Assembly (NCBI RefSeq): GCF_964355755.1
Contig: NC_092675.1
Coordinates: forward strand, 13,201,812-13,265,811
Direction of reading: 5' to 3'
Length of the DNA stretch: 64,000 nt
From: Antedon mediterranea
Lineage: Eukaryota; Animalia; Echinodermata
Below, in pieces: positions 11,001-25,728 of this stretch. A program made the position numbers and the translations under genes. Position 1 is the first letter of the stretch, and each line of letters begins with the position of its first letter. Under the pieces are notes generated by a model, which did no database searches, had not been told where the DNA came from, and saw only the letters and a program-made list of their open reading frames with translations.

Positions 11001-14000
11001 TTGTTAACATAAAAACACGAAAGTGCTTAGAATAGCTTCAAATCGCATTTGGAAACGTTTTAGACCATTTTGTGATTTTCGAAAAAGATTGTTAACATAA
11101 AAACACCAAAGTGCTTAGAATCACAATATAAACCGTTTTAGACCATTTTGAGCATTTCGATAACAATTTTCACACAAAAACATCAAAGAGCACAAAATAG
11201 CTTAATATCGTATTTAAAAATGTTTTAGACCATTTTGAGCATTTAGATAAAATTTTTCACACAAAACACCAAAGTGCTTAGAATAGCTTCAAATCGCATT
11301 TAGAGACGGTTTAGACCATTTTGTGATTTTGAAAAAACTTGTTAACATAAAAACACCAAAGTGCTTAGAATAGCTTCAAATCGCATTTGGAGACGTTTTA
11401 GACCATTTTGTGATTTTCGAAAAAACTTGTTAACATAAAAACACCAAAGTGCTTAGAATAGCTTCAAATCGCATTTGGAGACGTTTTAGACCATTTTGTG
11501 ATTTTCGAAAAAACTTGTTAACATAAAAACACCAAAGTGCTTAGAATAGCTTCAAATCGTATTTGGAGACGTTTTAGACCATTTTGAGATTTTCGAAAAA
11601 ACTTGGTTACACAAAAACATCAAAGTGCTTAAAATCACATTATAAACCGTTTTAGACCATTTTGAGCATTTCGATAACACTTTTCACACAAAAACATCAA
11701 AGAGCACAAAATAGCTTAATATCGTATTTAAAAACGTTTTAGACCATTTTGAGCATTTCGACAAAACTTTTTCACACAAAACACCAAAGTGCTTAGAATA
11801 GCTTCAAATCGCATTTGGAGACGTTTTAGACCAATTTGTGCATTTCGATGAAACTTGATTACACAAAAACATCAAAGTGCTTAAAATCACATTATAAACC
11901 GTTTTAGACCATTTTGAGCATTTCGATAACACTTTTCACACAAAAACATCAAAGAGCACAAAATAGCTTAATATCGTATTTAAAAACGTTTTAGACCATT
12001 TTGAGCATTTAGACAAAACTTTTTCACACAAAACACCAAAGTGCTTAGAATAGCTTCAAATCGCATTTGGAGACGTTTTAGAACATTTTGTGTTTTTCGA
12101 AAAAAACTGTTAACATAAAAACACCAAAGTGCTTAGAATAGCTTCAAATCGCATTTGGAGACGTTTTAGAACATTTTGTGTTCTTCGAAAAAACCTGTTA
12201 ACATAAAAACACCAAAGTGCTTAGAATAGCTTCAAATCGCATTTGGAGACGTTTTAGACCATTTTGTGATTTTTGAAAAAACTTGTTAACATAAAAACAC
12301 CAAAGTGCTTAGAATAGCTTCAAATCACATTTGGAGACGTTTTAGACCATTTTGTGATTTTCGAAAAAACTTGTTAACATAAAAACACGAAAGTGCTTAG
12401 AATAGCTTCAAATCGCATTTGGAAACGTTTTAGACCATTTTGTGATTTTCGAAAAAGATTGTTAACATAAAAACACCAAAGTGCTTAGAATCACAATATA
12501 AACCGTTTTAGACCATTTTGAGCATTTCGATAACAATTTTCACACAAAAACATCAAAGAGCACAAAATAGCTTAATATCGTATTTAAAAATGTTTTAGAC
12601 CATTTTGAGCATTTAGATAAAATTTTTCACACAAAACACCAAAGTGCTTAGAATAGCTTCAAATCGCATTTGAAGACGGTTTAGACCATTTTGTGATTTT
12701 GAAAAAACTTGTTAACATAAAAACACCAAAGTGCTAAGAATAGCTTCAAATCGCATTTGGAGACGTTTTAGACCATTTTGTGATTTTCGAAAAAACTTGT
12801 TAACATAAAAACACCAAAGTGCTTAGAATAGCTTCAAATCGTATTTGGAGACGTTTTAGACCATTTTGAGATTTTCGAAAAAACTTGGTTACACAAAAAC
12901 ATCAAAGTGCTTAAAATCACATTATAAACCGTTTTAGACCATTTTGAACATTTCGATAACACTTTTCACACAAAAACATCAAAGAGCACAAAATAGCTTA
13001 ATATCGTATTTAAAAACGTTTTAGACCATTTTAAGCATTTCGACAAAACTTTTTCACACAAAACACCAAAGTGCTTAGAATAGCTTCAAATCGCATTTGG
13101 AGACGTTTTAGACCAATTTGTGCATTTCGATGAAACTTGATTACACAAAAACATCAACGTGCTTAAAATCACATTATAAACCGTTTTAGACCATTTTGAG
13201 CATTTCGATAACACTTTTCACACAAAAACATCAAAGAGCACAAAATAGCTTAATATCGTATTTAAAAACGTTTTAGACCATTTTGAGCATTTAGACAAAA
13301 CTTTTTCACACAAAACACCAAAGTGCTTAGAATAGCTTCAAATCGCATTTGGAGACGTTTTAGACCATTTTGTGCATTTCGATGAAACTTGGTTACACAA
13401 AAACATCAAAGTGCTTAAAATCACATTATAAATCGTTTTAGACCATTTTGAGCATTTCGACAAAACTTTTTCACACAAAATACCAAAGGGCTTAGAATAG
13501 CTTCAAATCGCATTTGGAGACGTTTTAGACCATTTTGTGATTTTCGAAAAAACTTTTTTAACATAAAAAGACCAAAGTGCTTAGAATAGCTTCAAATCAC
13601 ATTTGGAGACGTTTTAGACCATTTTGTGATTTTCGAAAAAACTTGTTAACATAAAAACACGAAAGTGCTTAGAATAGCTTCAAATCGCATTTGGAAACGT
13701 TTTAGACCATTTTGTGATTTTCGAAAAAAATTGTTAACATAAAAACACCAAAGTGCTTAGAATCACATTATAAACCGTTTTAGACCATTTTGAGCATTTC
13801 GATAACAATTTTCACACAAAAACATCAAAGAGCACAAAATAGCTTAATATCGTATTTAAAAATGTTTTAGACCATTTTGAGCATTTAGATAAAACTTTTT
13901 CACACAAAACACCAAAGTGCTTAGAATAGCTTCAAATCGCATTTGGAGACGGTTTAGACCATTTTGTGATTTTGAAAAAACTTGTTAACATAAAAACACC

Positions 14001-14380
14001 AAAGTGCTTAGAATAGCTTCAAATCGCATTTGGAGACGTTTTAGACCATTTTGTGATTTTCGAAAGAACTTGTTAACATAAAAACACCAAAGTGCTTAGA
14101 ATAGCTTCAAATCGTATTTGGAGACGTTTTAGACCCTTTTGAGATTTTCGAAAAAACTTGGTTACACAAAAACATCAAAGTGCTTAAAATCACATTATAA
14201 ACCGTTTTAGACCATTTTGAACATTTCGATAACACTTTTCACACAAAAACATCAAAGAGCACAAAATAGCTTAATATCGTATTTAAAAACGTTTTAGACC
14301 ATTTTGAGCATTTCGACAAAACTTTTTCACACCAAAGTGCTTAGAATAGCTTCAAATCGCATTTGGAGACGTTTTAGACC
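8030..14380 (+). repeat. Direct duplication of a ~2.7-kb block (about 8030-10803 and 11608-14380), offset 3578 bp
   Basis: Shared private variants at constant offset: TTTGAAGACGG 9091/12669, AAGTGCTAAG 9151/12729, TTTTAAGCAT 9451/13029, TTAGACCCTT 10551/14129, and a 7-bp deletion at 10751/14329. Confidence 0.88.
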
Positions 14381-15611
14381 AATTTGTGCATTTCGATGAA
14401 ACTTGATTACACAAAAACATCAACGTGCTTAAAATCACATTATAAACCGTTTTAGACCATTTTGAGCATTTCGATAACACTTTTCACACAAAAACATCAA
14501 AGAGCACAAAATAGCTTAATATCGTATTTAAAAACGTTTTAGACCATTTTTTGAGCATTTAGACAAAACTTTTTCACACAAAACACCAAAGTGCTTAGAA
14601 TAGCTTCAAATCGCATTTGGAGACGTTTTAGACCATTTTGTGATTTTCGAAAAAACTTATCAACATAAAAACTCCAAAGGGTTTAGAATAGCTTCAAATC
14701 GCATTTGGAGACGTTTTAGACCATTTTGTGATTTTTGAAAAAACTTGTTAACATAAAAACACCAAAGTGCTTAGAATAGCTTCAAATCACATTTGGAGAC
14801 GTTTTAGACCATTTTGTGATTTTCGAAAAAACTTGTTAACATAAAAACACGAAAGTGCTTAGAATAGCTTCAAATCGCATTTGGAAACGTTTTAGACCAT
14901 TTTGTGATTTTCGAAAAAGATTGTTAACATAAAAACACCAAAGTGCTTAGAATCACAATATAAACCGTTTTAGACCATTTTGAGCATTTCGATAACACTT
15001 TTCACACAAAAACATCAAAGAGCACAAAATAGCTTAATATCGTATTTAAAAACGTTTTAGACCATTTTGAGCATTTAGACAAAACTTTTTCACACAAAAC
15101 ACCAAAGTGCTTAGAATAGCTTCAAATCGCATTTGGAGACGTTTTAGACCATTTTGTGATTTTTGAAAAAACTTGTTAACATAAAAACACCAAAGTGCTT
15201 AGAATAGCTTCAAATCGCATTTGGAGACGTTTTAGACCATTTTGTGATTTTCGAAAAAACTTTTTAACATAAAAACACCAAAGTGCTTAGAATAGCTTCA
15301 AATCACATTTGGAGACGTTTTAGACCATTTTGTGATTTTCGAAAAAACTTGTTAACATAAAAACACGAAAGTGCTTAGAATAGCTTCAAATCGCATTTGG
15401 AAACGTTTTAGACCATTTTGTGATTTTCGAAAAAAATTGTTAACATAAAAACACCAAAGTGCTTAGAATCACATTATAAACCGTTTTAGACCATTTTGAG
15501 CATTTCGATAACAATTTTCACACAAAAACATCAAAGAGCACAAAATAGCTTAATATCGTATTTAAAAATGTTTTAGACCATTTTGAGCATTTAGATAAAA
15601 CTTTTTCACAC

Positions 15612-18141
15612 AAAACACCAAAGTGCTTAGAATAGCTTCAAATCGCATTTGGAGACGTTTTAGACCATTTTGTGATTTTTGAAAAAACTTGTTAACATAA
15701 AAACACCAAAGTGTTAGAATAGCTTCAAATCACATTTGGAGACGTTTTAGACTATTTTGTGATTTTCGAAAAAACTTGTTAACATAAAAACACCAAAGTG
15801 CTTAGAATAGCTTCAAATCGTATTTGGAGACGTTTTAGACCATTTTGAGATTTTCGAAAAAACTTGGTTACACAAAAACATCAAAGTGCTTAAAATCACA
15901 TTATAAACCGTTTTAGACCATTTTGAGAATTTCGATAACACTTTTCACACAAAAACATCAAAGAGCACAAAATAGCTTAATATCGTATTTAAAAACGTTT
16001 TAGACCATTTTGAGCATTTCGACAAAACTTTTTCACACAAAACACCAAAGTGCTTAGAATAGCTTCAAATCGCATTTGGAGACGTTTTAGACCAATTTGT
16101 GCATTTCGATGAAACTTGATTACACAAAAACATCAAAGTTCTTAAAATCACATTATAAACCGTTTTAGACCATTTTGAGCATTTCGATAACACTTTTCAC
16201 ACAAAAACATCAAAGAGCACAAAATAGCTTAATATCGTATTTAAAAACGTTTTAGACCATTTTGAGCATTTAGACAAAACTTTTTCACACAAAACACCAA
16301 AGTGCTTAGAATAGCTTCAAATCGCATTTGGAGACGTTTTAGACCATTTTGTGCATTTCGATGAAACTTGGTTACACAAAAACATCAAAGTGCTTAAAAT
16401 CACATTATAAATCGTTTTAGACCATTTTGAGCATTTCGACAAAACTTTTTCACACAAAATACCAAAGTGCTTAGAATAGCTTCAAATCGCATTTGGAGAC
16501 GTTTTAGACCATTTTGTGATTTTCGAAAAAACTTTTTAACATAAAAACACCAAAGTGCTTAGAATAGCTTCAAATCACATTTGGAGACATTTTAGACCAT
16601 AAGTGCTTAGAATCACAATATAAACCGTTTTAGACCATTTTGAGCATTTCGATAACAATTTTCACACAAAAACATCAAAGAGCACAAAATAGCTTAATAT
16701 CGTATTTAAAAATGTTTTAGACCATTTTGAGCATTTAGATAAAACTTTTTCACACAAAACACCAAAGTGCTTAGAATAGCTTCAAATCGCATTTGGAGAC
16801 GGTTTAGACCATTTTGTGATTTTGAAAAAACTTGTTAACATAAAAACACCAAAGTGCTTAGAATAGCTTCAAATCGCATTTGGAGACGTTTTAGACCATT
16901 TTGTGATTTTTGAAAAAACTTGTTAACATAAAAACACCAAAGTGTTAGAATAGCTTCAAATCACATTTGGAGACGTTTTAGACTATTTTGTGATTTTCGA
17001 AAAAACTTGTTAACATAAAAACACCAAAGTGCTTAGAATAGCTTCAAATCGTATTTGGAGACGTTTTAGACCATTTTGAGATTTTCGAAAAAACTTGGTT
17101 ACACAAAAACATCAAAGTGCTTAAAATCACATTATAAACCGTTTTAGACCATTTTGAGAATTTCGATAACACTTTTCACACAAAAACATCAAAGAGCACA
17201 AAATAGCTTAATATCGTATTTAAAAACGTTTTAGACCATTTTGAGCATTTCGACAAAACTTTTTCACACAAAACACCAAAGTGCTTAGAATAGCTTCAAA
17301 TCGCATTTGGAGACGTTTTAGACCAATTTGTGCATTTCGATGAAACTTGATTACACAAAAACATCAAAGTTCTTAAAATCACATTATAAACCGTTTTAGA
17401 CCATTTTGAGCATTTCGATAACACTTTTCACACAAAAACATCAAAGAGCACAAAATAGCTTAATATCGTATTTAAAAACGTTTTAGACCATTTTGAGCAT
17501 TTAGACAAAACTTTTTCACACAAAACACCAAAGTGCTTAGAATAGCTTCAAATCGCATTTGGAGACGTTTTAGACCATTTTGTGCATTTCGATGAAACTT
17601 GGTTACACAAAAACATCAAAGTGCTTAAAATCACATTATAAATCGTTTTAGACCATTTTGAGCATTTCGACAAAACTTTTTCACACAAAATACCAAAGTG
17701 CTTAGAATAGCTTCAAATCGCATTTGGAGACGTTTTAGACCATTTTGTGATTTTCGAAAAAACTTTTTAACATAAAAACACCAAAGTGCTTAGAATAGCT
17801 TCAAATCACATTTGGAGACATTTTAGACCATAAGTGCTTAGAATCACAATATAAACCGTTTTAGACCATTTTGAGCATTTCGATAACAATTTTCACACAA
17901 AAACATCAAAGAGCACAAAATAGCTTAATATCGTATTTAAAAATGTTTTAGACCATTTTGAGCATTTAGATAAAACTTTTTCACACAAAACACCAAAGTG
18001 CTTAGAATAGCTTCAAATCGCATTTGGAGACGGTTTAGACCATTTTGTGATTTTGAAAAAACTTGTTAACATAAAAACACCAAAGTGCTTAGAATAGCTT
18101 CAAATCGCATTTGGAGACGTTTTAGACCATTTTGTGATTTT
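15612..18141 (+). repeat. Tandem duplication (two-copy HOR), period 1231 bp
   Basis: Private variants at offset 1231: GTGTTAGAAT 15711/16942, ACTATTTT 15751/16982, TTTTGAGAAT 15921/17152, CATCAAAGTT 16131/17362, and the 38-mer at 16596/17827. Confidence 0.92.
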
Positions 18142-21100
18142 CGAAAAAACTTGTTAACATAAAAACACCAAAGTGCTTAGAATAGCTTCAAATCGTATTT
18201 GGAGACGTTTTAGACCATTTTGAGATTTTCGAAAAAACTTGGTTACACAAAAACATCAAAGTGCTTAAAATCACATTATAAACCGTTTTAGACCATTTTG
18301 AACATTTCGATAACACTTTTCACACAAAAACATCAAAGAGCACAAAATAGCTTAATATCGTATTTAAAAACGTTTTAGACCATTTTGAGCATTTCGACAA
18401 AACTTTTTCACACAAAACACCAAAGTGCTTAGAATAGCTTCAAATCGCATTTGGAGACGTTTTAGACCAATTTGTGCATTTCGATGAAACTTGATTACAC
18501 AAAAACATCAACGTGCTTAAAATCACATTATAAACCGTTTTAGACCATTTTGAGCATTTCGATAACACTTTTCACACAAAAACATCAAAGAGCACAAAAT
18601 AGCTTAATATCGTATTTAAAAACGTTTTAGACCATTTTGAGCATTTAGACAAAACTTTTTCACACAAAACACCAAAGTGCTTAGAATAGCTTCAAATCGC
18701 ATTTGGAGACGTTTTAGACCATTTTGTGCATTTCGATGAAGCTTGGTTACACAAAAACATCAAAGTGCTTAAAATCACATTATAAATCGTTTTAGACCAT
18801 TTTGAGCATTTCGACAAAACTTTTTCACACAAAATACCAAAGGGCTTAGAATAGCTTCAAATCGCATTTGGAGACGTTTTAGACCATTTTGTGATTTTCG
18901 AAAAAACTTTTTAACATAAAAACACCAAAGTGCTTAGAATAGCTTCAAATCACATTTGGAGACGTTTTAGACCATTTTGTGATTTTCGAAAAAACTTAAC
19001 ATAAAAACACGAAAGTGCTTAGAATAGCTTCAAATCGCATTTGGAAACGTTTTAGACCATTTTGTGATTTTCGAAAAAAATTGTTAACATAAAAACACCA
19101 AAGTGCTTAGAATCACATTATAAACCGTTTTAGACCATTTTGAGCATTTCGATAACAATTTTCACACAAAAACATCAAAGAGCACAAAATAGCTTAATAT
19201 CGTATTTAAAAATGTTTTAGACCATTTTGAGCATTTAGATAAAACTTTTTCACACAAAACACCAAAGTGCTTAGAATAGCTTCAAATCGCATTTGGAGAC
19301 GTTTTAGACCATTTTGTGATTTTTGAAAAAACTTGTTAACATAAAAACACCAAAGTGTTAGAATAGCTTCAAATCACATTTGGAGACGTTTCAGACCATT
19401 TTGTGATTTTCGAAAAAACTTGTTAACATAAAAACACGAAAGTGCTTAGAATAGCTTCAAATCGAATTTGGAAACGTTTTAGACCATTTTGTGATTTTCG
19501 AAAAAACTTGTTAACATAAAAACACGAAAGTGCTTAGAATAGCTTCAAATCGCATTTGGAAACGTTTTAGACCATTTTGTGATTTTCGAAAAAAATTGTT
19601 AACATAAAAACACCAAAGTGTTTAGAATAGCTTCAAATCGCATTTGGAGACGTTTTAGACCAATTTGGGATTTTCGAAAAAACTTATCAACATAAAAACA
19701 CCAAAGGGTTTAGAATAGCTTCAAATCGCATTTGGAGACGTTTTAGACCATTTTGTGATTTTGAAAAAACTTGTTAACATAAAAACACCAAAGTGCTTAG
19801 AATAGCTTAAAATCGTATTTGGAGACGTTTTAGACCATTTTGAGATTTTCGAAAAAACTTGGTTACACAAAAACATCAAAGTGCTTAAAATCACATTATA
19901 AACCGTTTTAGACCATTTTTAGCATTTCGGTAACACTTTTCACACAAAAACATCAAAGAGCACAAAATAGCTTAATATCGTATTTAAAAACGTTTTAGAC
20001 CATTTTGAGCATTTAGACAAAACTTTTTCACACAAAACACCAAAGTGCTTAGAATAGCTTCAAATCGCATTTGGAGACGTTTTAGACCATTTTGTGCATT
20101 TCGATGAAACTTGGTTACACAAAAACATTAAAGTGCTTAAAATCACATTATAAATCGTTTTAGACCATTTTGAGCATTTCGACAAAACTTTTTCACACAA
20201 AATACCAAAGTGCTTAGAATAGCTTCAAATCGCATTTGGAGACGTTTTAGACCATTTTGTGATTTTCGAAAAAACTTTTTAACATAAAAACACCAAAGTC
20301 CTTAGAATAGCTTCAAATCACATTTGGAGACGTTTTAGACCATAAGTGCTTAGAATCACATTATAAACCGTTTTAGACCATTTTGAGCATTTCGATAACA
20401 ATTTTCACACAAAACATCAAAGAGCACAAAATAGCTTAATATCGTATTTAAAAATGTTTTAGACCATTTTGAGCATTTAGATAAAACTTTTTCACACAAA
20501 ACACCAAAGTGCTTAGAATAGCTTCAAATCGCATTTGGAGACGTTTTAGACCATTTTGTGATTTTTGAAAAAACTTGTTAACATAAAAACACCAAAGTGC
20601 TTAGAATAGCTTCAAATCACATTTGGAGATGTTTTAGAACATTTTGTGATTTTTGAAAAAACTTGTTAACATAAAAACACGAAAGTGCTTAGAATAGCTT
20701 CAAATCACATTTGGAGACGTTTTAGACCATTTTGTGATTTTTGAAAAAAACTTGTTAACATAAAAACACGAAAGTGCTTAGAATAGCTTCAAATCGCATT
20801 TGGAAACGTTTTAGACCATTTTGTGATTTTCGAAAAAGATTGTTAACATAAAAACACCAATGTGCTTAGAATCACATTATAAACCGTTTTAGACCATTTT
20901 GAGCATTTCGATAACAATTTTCACACAAAAACATTAAAGAGAACAAAATAGCTTAATATCGTATTTATAAATGTTTTAGACCATTTTGAGCATTTCGACA
21001 AAACTTTTTCACACAAAACACCAAAGTGCTTAGAATAGCTTCAAATCGCATTTGGAGACGTTTTTTATACCATTTTGTGATTTCGATGAAACTTGATTAC

Positions 21101-24100
21101 ACAAAAACATCAAAGTGCTTAAAATCACATTATAAACCGTTTTAGACCATTTTGAGCATTTCGATAACACTTTTCACACAAAAACATCAAAGAGCACAAA
21201 ATAGCTTAATATCGTATTTAAAAACGTTTTAGACCATTTTGAGCATTTAGACAAAACTTTTTCACACAAAACACCAAAGTGCTTAGAATAGCTTCAAATC
21301 GCATTTGGAGACGTTTTAGAACATTTTGTGTTTTTCGAAAAAAACTGTTAACATAAAAACACCAAAGTGCTTAGAATAGCTTCAAATCGCATTTGGAGAC
21401 GTTTTAGAACATTTTGTGTTCTTCGAAAAAACCTGTTAACATAAAAACACCAAAGTGCTTAGAATAGCTTCAAATCGCATTTGGAGACGTTTTAGACCAT
21501 TTTGTGATTTTTGAAAAAACTTGTTAACATAAAAACACCAAAGTGCTTAGAATAGCTTCAAATCACATTTGGAGACGTTTTAGACCATTTTGTGATTTTC
21601 GAAAAAACTTGTTAACATAAAAACACGAAAGTGCTTAGAATAGCTTCAAATCGCATTTGGAAACGTTTTAGACCATTTTGTGATTTTCGAAAAAGATTGT
21701 TAACATAAAAACACCAAAGTGCTTAGAATCACAATATAAACCGTTTTAGACCATTTTGAGCATTTCGATAACAATTTTCACACAAAAACATCAAAGAGCA
21801 CAAAATAGCTTAATATCGTATTTAAAAATGTTTTAGACCATTTTGAGCATTTAGATAAAACTTTTTCACACAAAACACCAAAGTGCTTAGAATAGCTTCA
21901 AATCGCATTTGGAGACGGTTTAGACCATTTTGTGATTTTGAAAAAACTTGTTAACATAAAAACACCAAAGTGCTTAGAATAGCTTCAAATCGCATTTGGA
22001 GACGTTTTAGACCATTTTGTGATTTTCGAAAAAACTTGTTAACATAAAAACACCAAAGTGCTTAGAATAGCTTCAAATCGTATTTGGAGACGTTTTAGAC
22101 CATTTTGAGATTTTCGAAAAAACTTGGTTACACAAAAACATCAAAGTGCTTAAAATCACATTATAAACCGTTTTAGACCATTTTGAACATTTCGATAACA
22201 CTTTTCACACAAAAACATCAAAGAGCACAAAATAGCTTAATATCGTATTTAAAAACGTTTTAGACCATTTTGAGCATTTCGACAAAACTTTTTCACACAA
22301 AACACCAAAGTGCTTAGAATAGCTTCAAATCGCATTTGGAGACGTTTTAGACCAATTTGTGCATTTCGATGAAACTTGATTACACAAAAACATCAACGTG
22401 CTTAAAATCACATTATAAACCGTTTTAGACCATTTTGAGCATTTCGATAACACTTTTCACACAAAAACATCAAAGAGCACAAAATAGCTTAATATCGTAT
22501 TTAAAAACGTTTTAGACCATTTTGAGCATTTAGACAAAACTTTTTCACACAAAACACCAAAGTGCTTAGAATAGCTTCAAATCGCATTTGGAGACGTTTT
22601 AGACCATTTTGTGCATTTCGATGAAGCTTGGTTACACAAAAACATCAAAGTGCTTAAAATCACATTATAAATCGTTTTAGACCATTTTGAGCATTTCGAC
22701 AAAACTTTTTCACACAAAATACCAAATGGCTTAGAATAGCTTCAAATCGCATTTGGAGACGTTTTAGACCATTTTGTGATTTTCGAAAAAACTTTTTAAC
22801 ATAAAAACACCAAAGTGCTTAGAATAGCTTCAAATCACATTTGGAGACGTTTTAGACCATTTTGTGATTTTCGAAAAAACTTGTTAACATAAAAACACGA
22901 AAGTGCTTAGAATCACATTATAAACCGTTTTAGACCATTTTGAGCTTTTCGATAACAATTTTCACACAAAAACATCAAAGAGCACAAAATAGCTTAATAT
23001 CGTATTTAAAAATGTTTTAGACCATTTTGAGCATTTAGATAAAACTTTTTCACACAAAACACCAAAGTGCTTAGAATAGCTTCAAATCGCATTTGGAGAC
23101 GTTTTAGACCATTTTGTGATTTTTGAAAAAACTTGTTAACATAAAAACACCAAAGTGTTAGAATAGCTTCAAATCACATTTGGAGACGTTTCAGACCATT
23201 TTGTGATTTTCGAAAAAACTTGTTAACATAAAAACACGAAAGTGCTTAGAATAGCTTCAAATCGAATTTGGAAACGTTTTAGACCATTTTGTGATTTTCG
23301 AAAAAACTTGTTAACATAAAAACACGAAAGTGCTTAGAATAGCTTCAAATCGCATTTGGAAACGTTTTAGACCATTTTGTGATTTTCGAAAAAAATTGTT
23401 AACATAAAAACACCAAAGTGTTTAGAATAGCTTCAAATCGCATTTGGAGACGTTTTAGACCAATTTGTGATTTTCGAAAAAACTTATCAACATAAAAACA
23501 CCAAATCGCATTTGGAGACGTTTTAGACCATTTTGTGATTTTGAAAAAACTTGTTAACATAAAAACACCAAAGTGCTTAAAATCACATTATAAATCGTTT
23601 TAGACCATTTTGAGCATTTCGACAAAACTTTTTCACACAAAATACCAAAGGGCTTCAAATCGCATTTGGAGACGTTTTAGACCATTTTGTGATTTTCGAA
23701 AAAACTTTTTAACATAAAAACACCAAAGTGCTTAGAATAGCTTCAAATCACATTTGGAGACGTTTTAGACCATTTTGTGATTTTCGAAAAAACTTGTTAA
23801 CATAAAAACACGAAAGTGCTTAGAATAGCTTCAAATCGCATTTAGAAACGTTTTAGACCATTTTGTGATTTTCGAAAAAAATTGTTAACATAAAAACACC
23901 AAAGTGCTTAGAATCACATTATAAACCGTTTTAGACCATTTTGAGCATTTCGATAACAATTTTCACACAAAAACATCAAAGAGCACAAAATAGCTTAATA
24001 TCGTATTTAAAAATGTTTTAGACCATTTTGAGCAATTAGATAAAACTTTTTCACACAAAACACCAAAGTGCTTAGAATAGCTTCAAATCGCATTTGGAGA

Positions 24101-25728
24101 CGTTTTAGACCATTTTGTGATTTTTGAAAAAACTTGTTAACATAAAAACACCAAAGTGCTTAGAATAGCTTCAAATCACATTTGGAGACGTTTTAGACCA
24201 TTTTGTGATTTTCGAAAAAACTTGTTAACATAAAAACACGAAAGTGCTTAGAATAGCTTCAAATCGCATTTGGAAACGTTTTAGACCATTTTGTGATTTT
24301 CGAAAAAACTTGTTAACATAAAAACACGAAAGTGCTTAGAATAGCTTCAAATCGCATTTGGAAACGTTTTAGACCATTTTGTGATTTTCGAAAAAACTTG
24401 TTAACATAAAAACACGAAAGTGCTTAGAATAGCTTCAAATCGCATTTGGAAACGTTTTAGACCATTTTGTGATTTTCGAAAAAAATTGTTAACATAAAAA
24501 CACCAAAGTGTTTAGAATAGCTTCAAATCGCATTTGGAGACGTTTTAGACCAATTTGTGATTTTCGAAAAAACTTATCAACATAAAAACACCAAAGGGTT
24601 TAGAATAGCTTCAAATCGCATTTGGAGACGTTTTAGACCATTTTGTGATTTTGAAAAAACTTGTTAACATAAAAACACCAAAGTGCTTAGAATAGCTTCA
24701 AATCGCATTTGGAGACGTTTTAGACCATTTTGTGATTTTCGAAAAAACTTGTTAACATAAAAACACCAAAGTGCTTAGAATAGCTTCAAATCGTATTTGG
24801 AGACGTTTTAGACCATTTTGAGATTTTCGAAAAAACTTGGTTACACAAAAACATCAAAGTGCTTAAAATCACATTATAAACCGTTTTAGACCATTTTTAG
24901 CATTTCGGTAACACTTTTCACACAAAAACATCAAAGAGCACAAAATAGCTTAATATCGTATTTAAAAACGTTTTAGACCATTTTGAGCATTTAGACAAAA
25001 CTTTTTCACACAAAACAACAAAGTGCTTAGAATAGCTTCAAATCGCATTTGGAGACGTTTTAGACCATTTTGTGCATTTCGATGAAACTTGGTTACACAA
25101 AAACATTAAAGTGCTTAAAATCACATTATAAATCGTTTTAGACCATTTTGAGCATTTCGACAAAACTTTTTCACACAAAATACCAAAGTGCTTAGAATAG
25201 CTTCAAATCGCATTTGGAGAGGTTTTAGACCATTTTGTGATTTTCGAAAAAACTTTTTAACATAAAAACACCAAAGTGCTTAGAATAGCTTCAAATCACA
25301 TTTGGAGACGTTTTAGACCATAAGTGCTTAGAATCACATTATAAACCGTTTTAGACCATTTTGAGCATTTCGATAACAATTTTCACACAAAACATCAAAG
25401 AGCACAAAATAGCTTAATATCGTATTTAAAAATGTTTTAGACCATTTTGAGCATTTAGATAAAACTTTTTCACACAAAACACCAAAGTGCTTAGAATAGC
25501 TTCAAATCGCATTTGGAGACGTTTTAGACCATTTTGTGATTTTTGAAAAAACTTGTTAACATAAAAACACCAAAGTGCTTAGAATAGCTTCAAATCACAT
25601 TTGGAGATGTTTTAGAACATTTTGTGATTTTTGAAAAAACTTGTTAACATAAAAACACGAAAGTGCTTAGAATAGCTTCAAATCACATTTGGAGACGTTT
25701 TAGACCATTTTGTGATTTTTGAAAAAAC

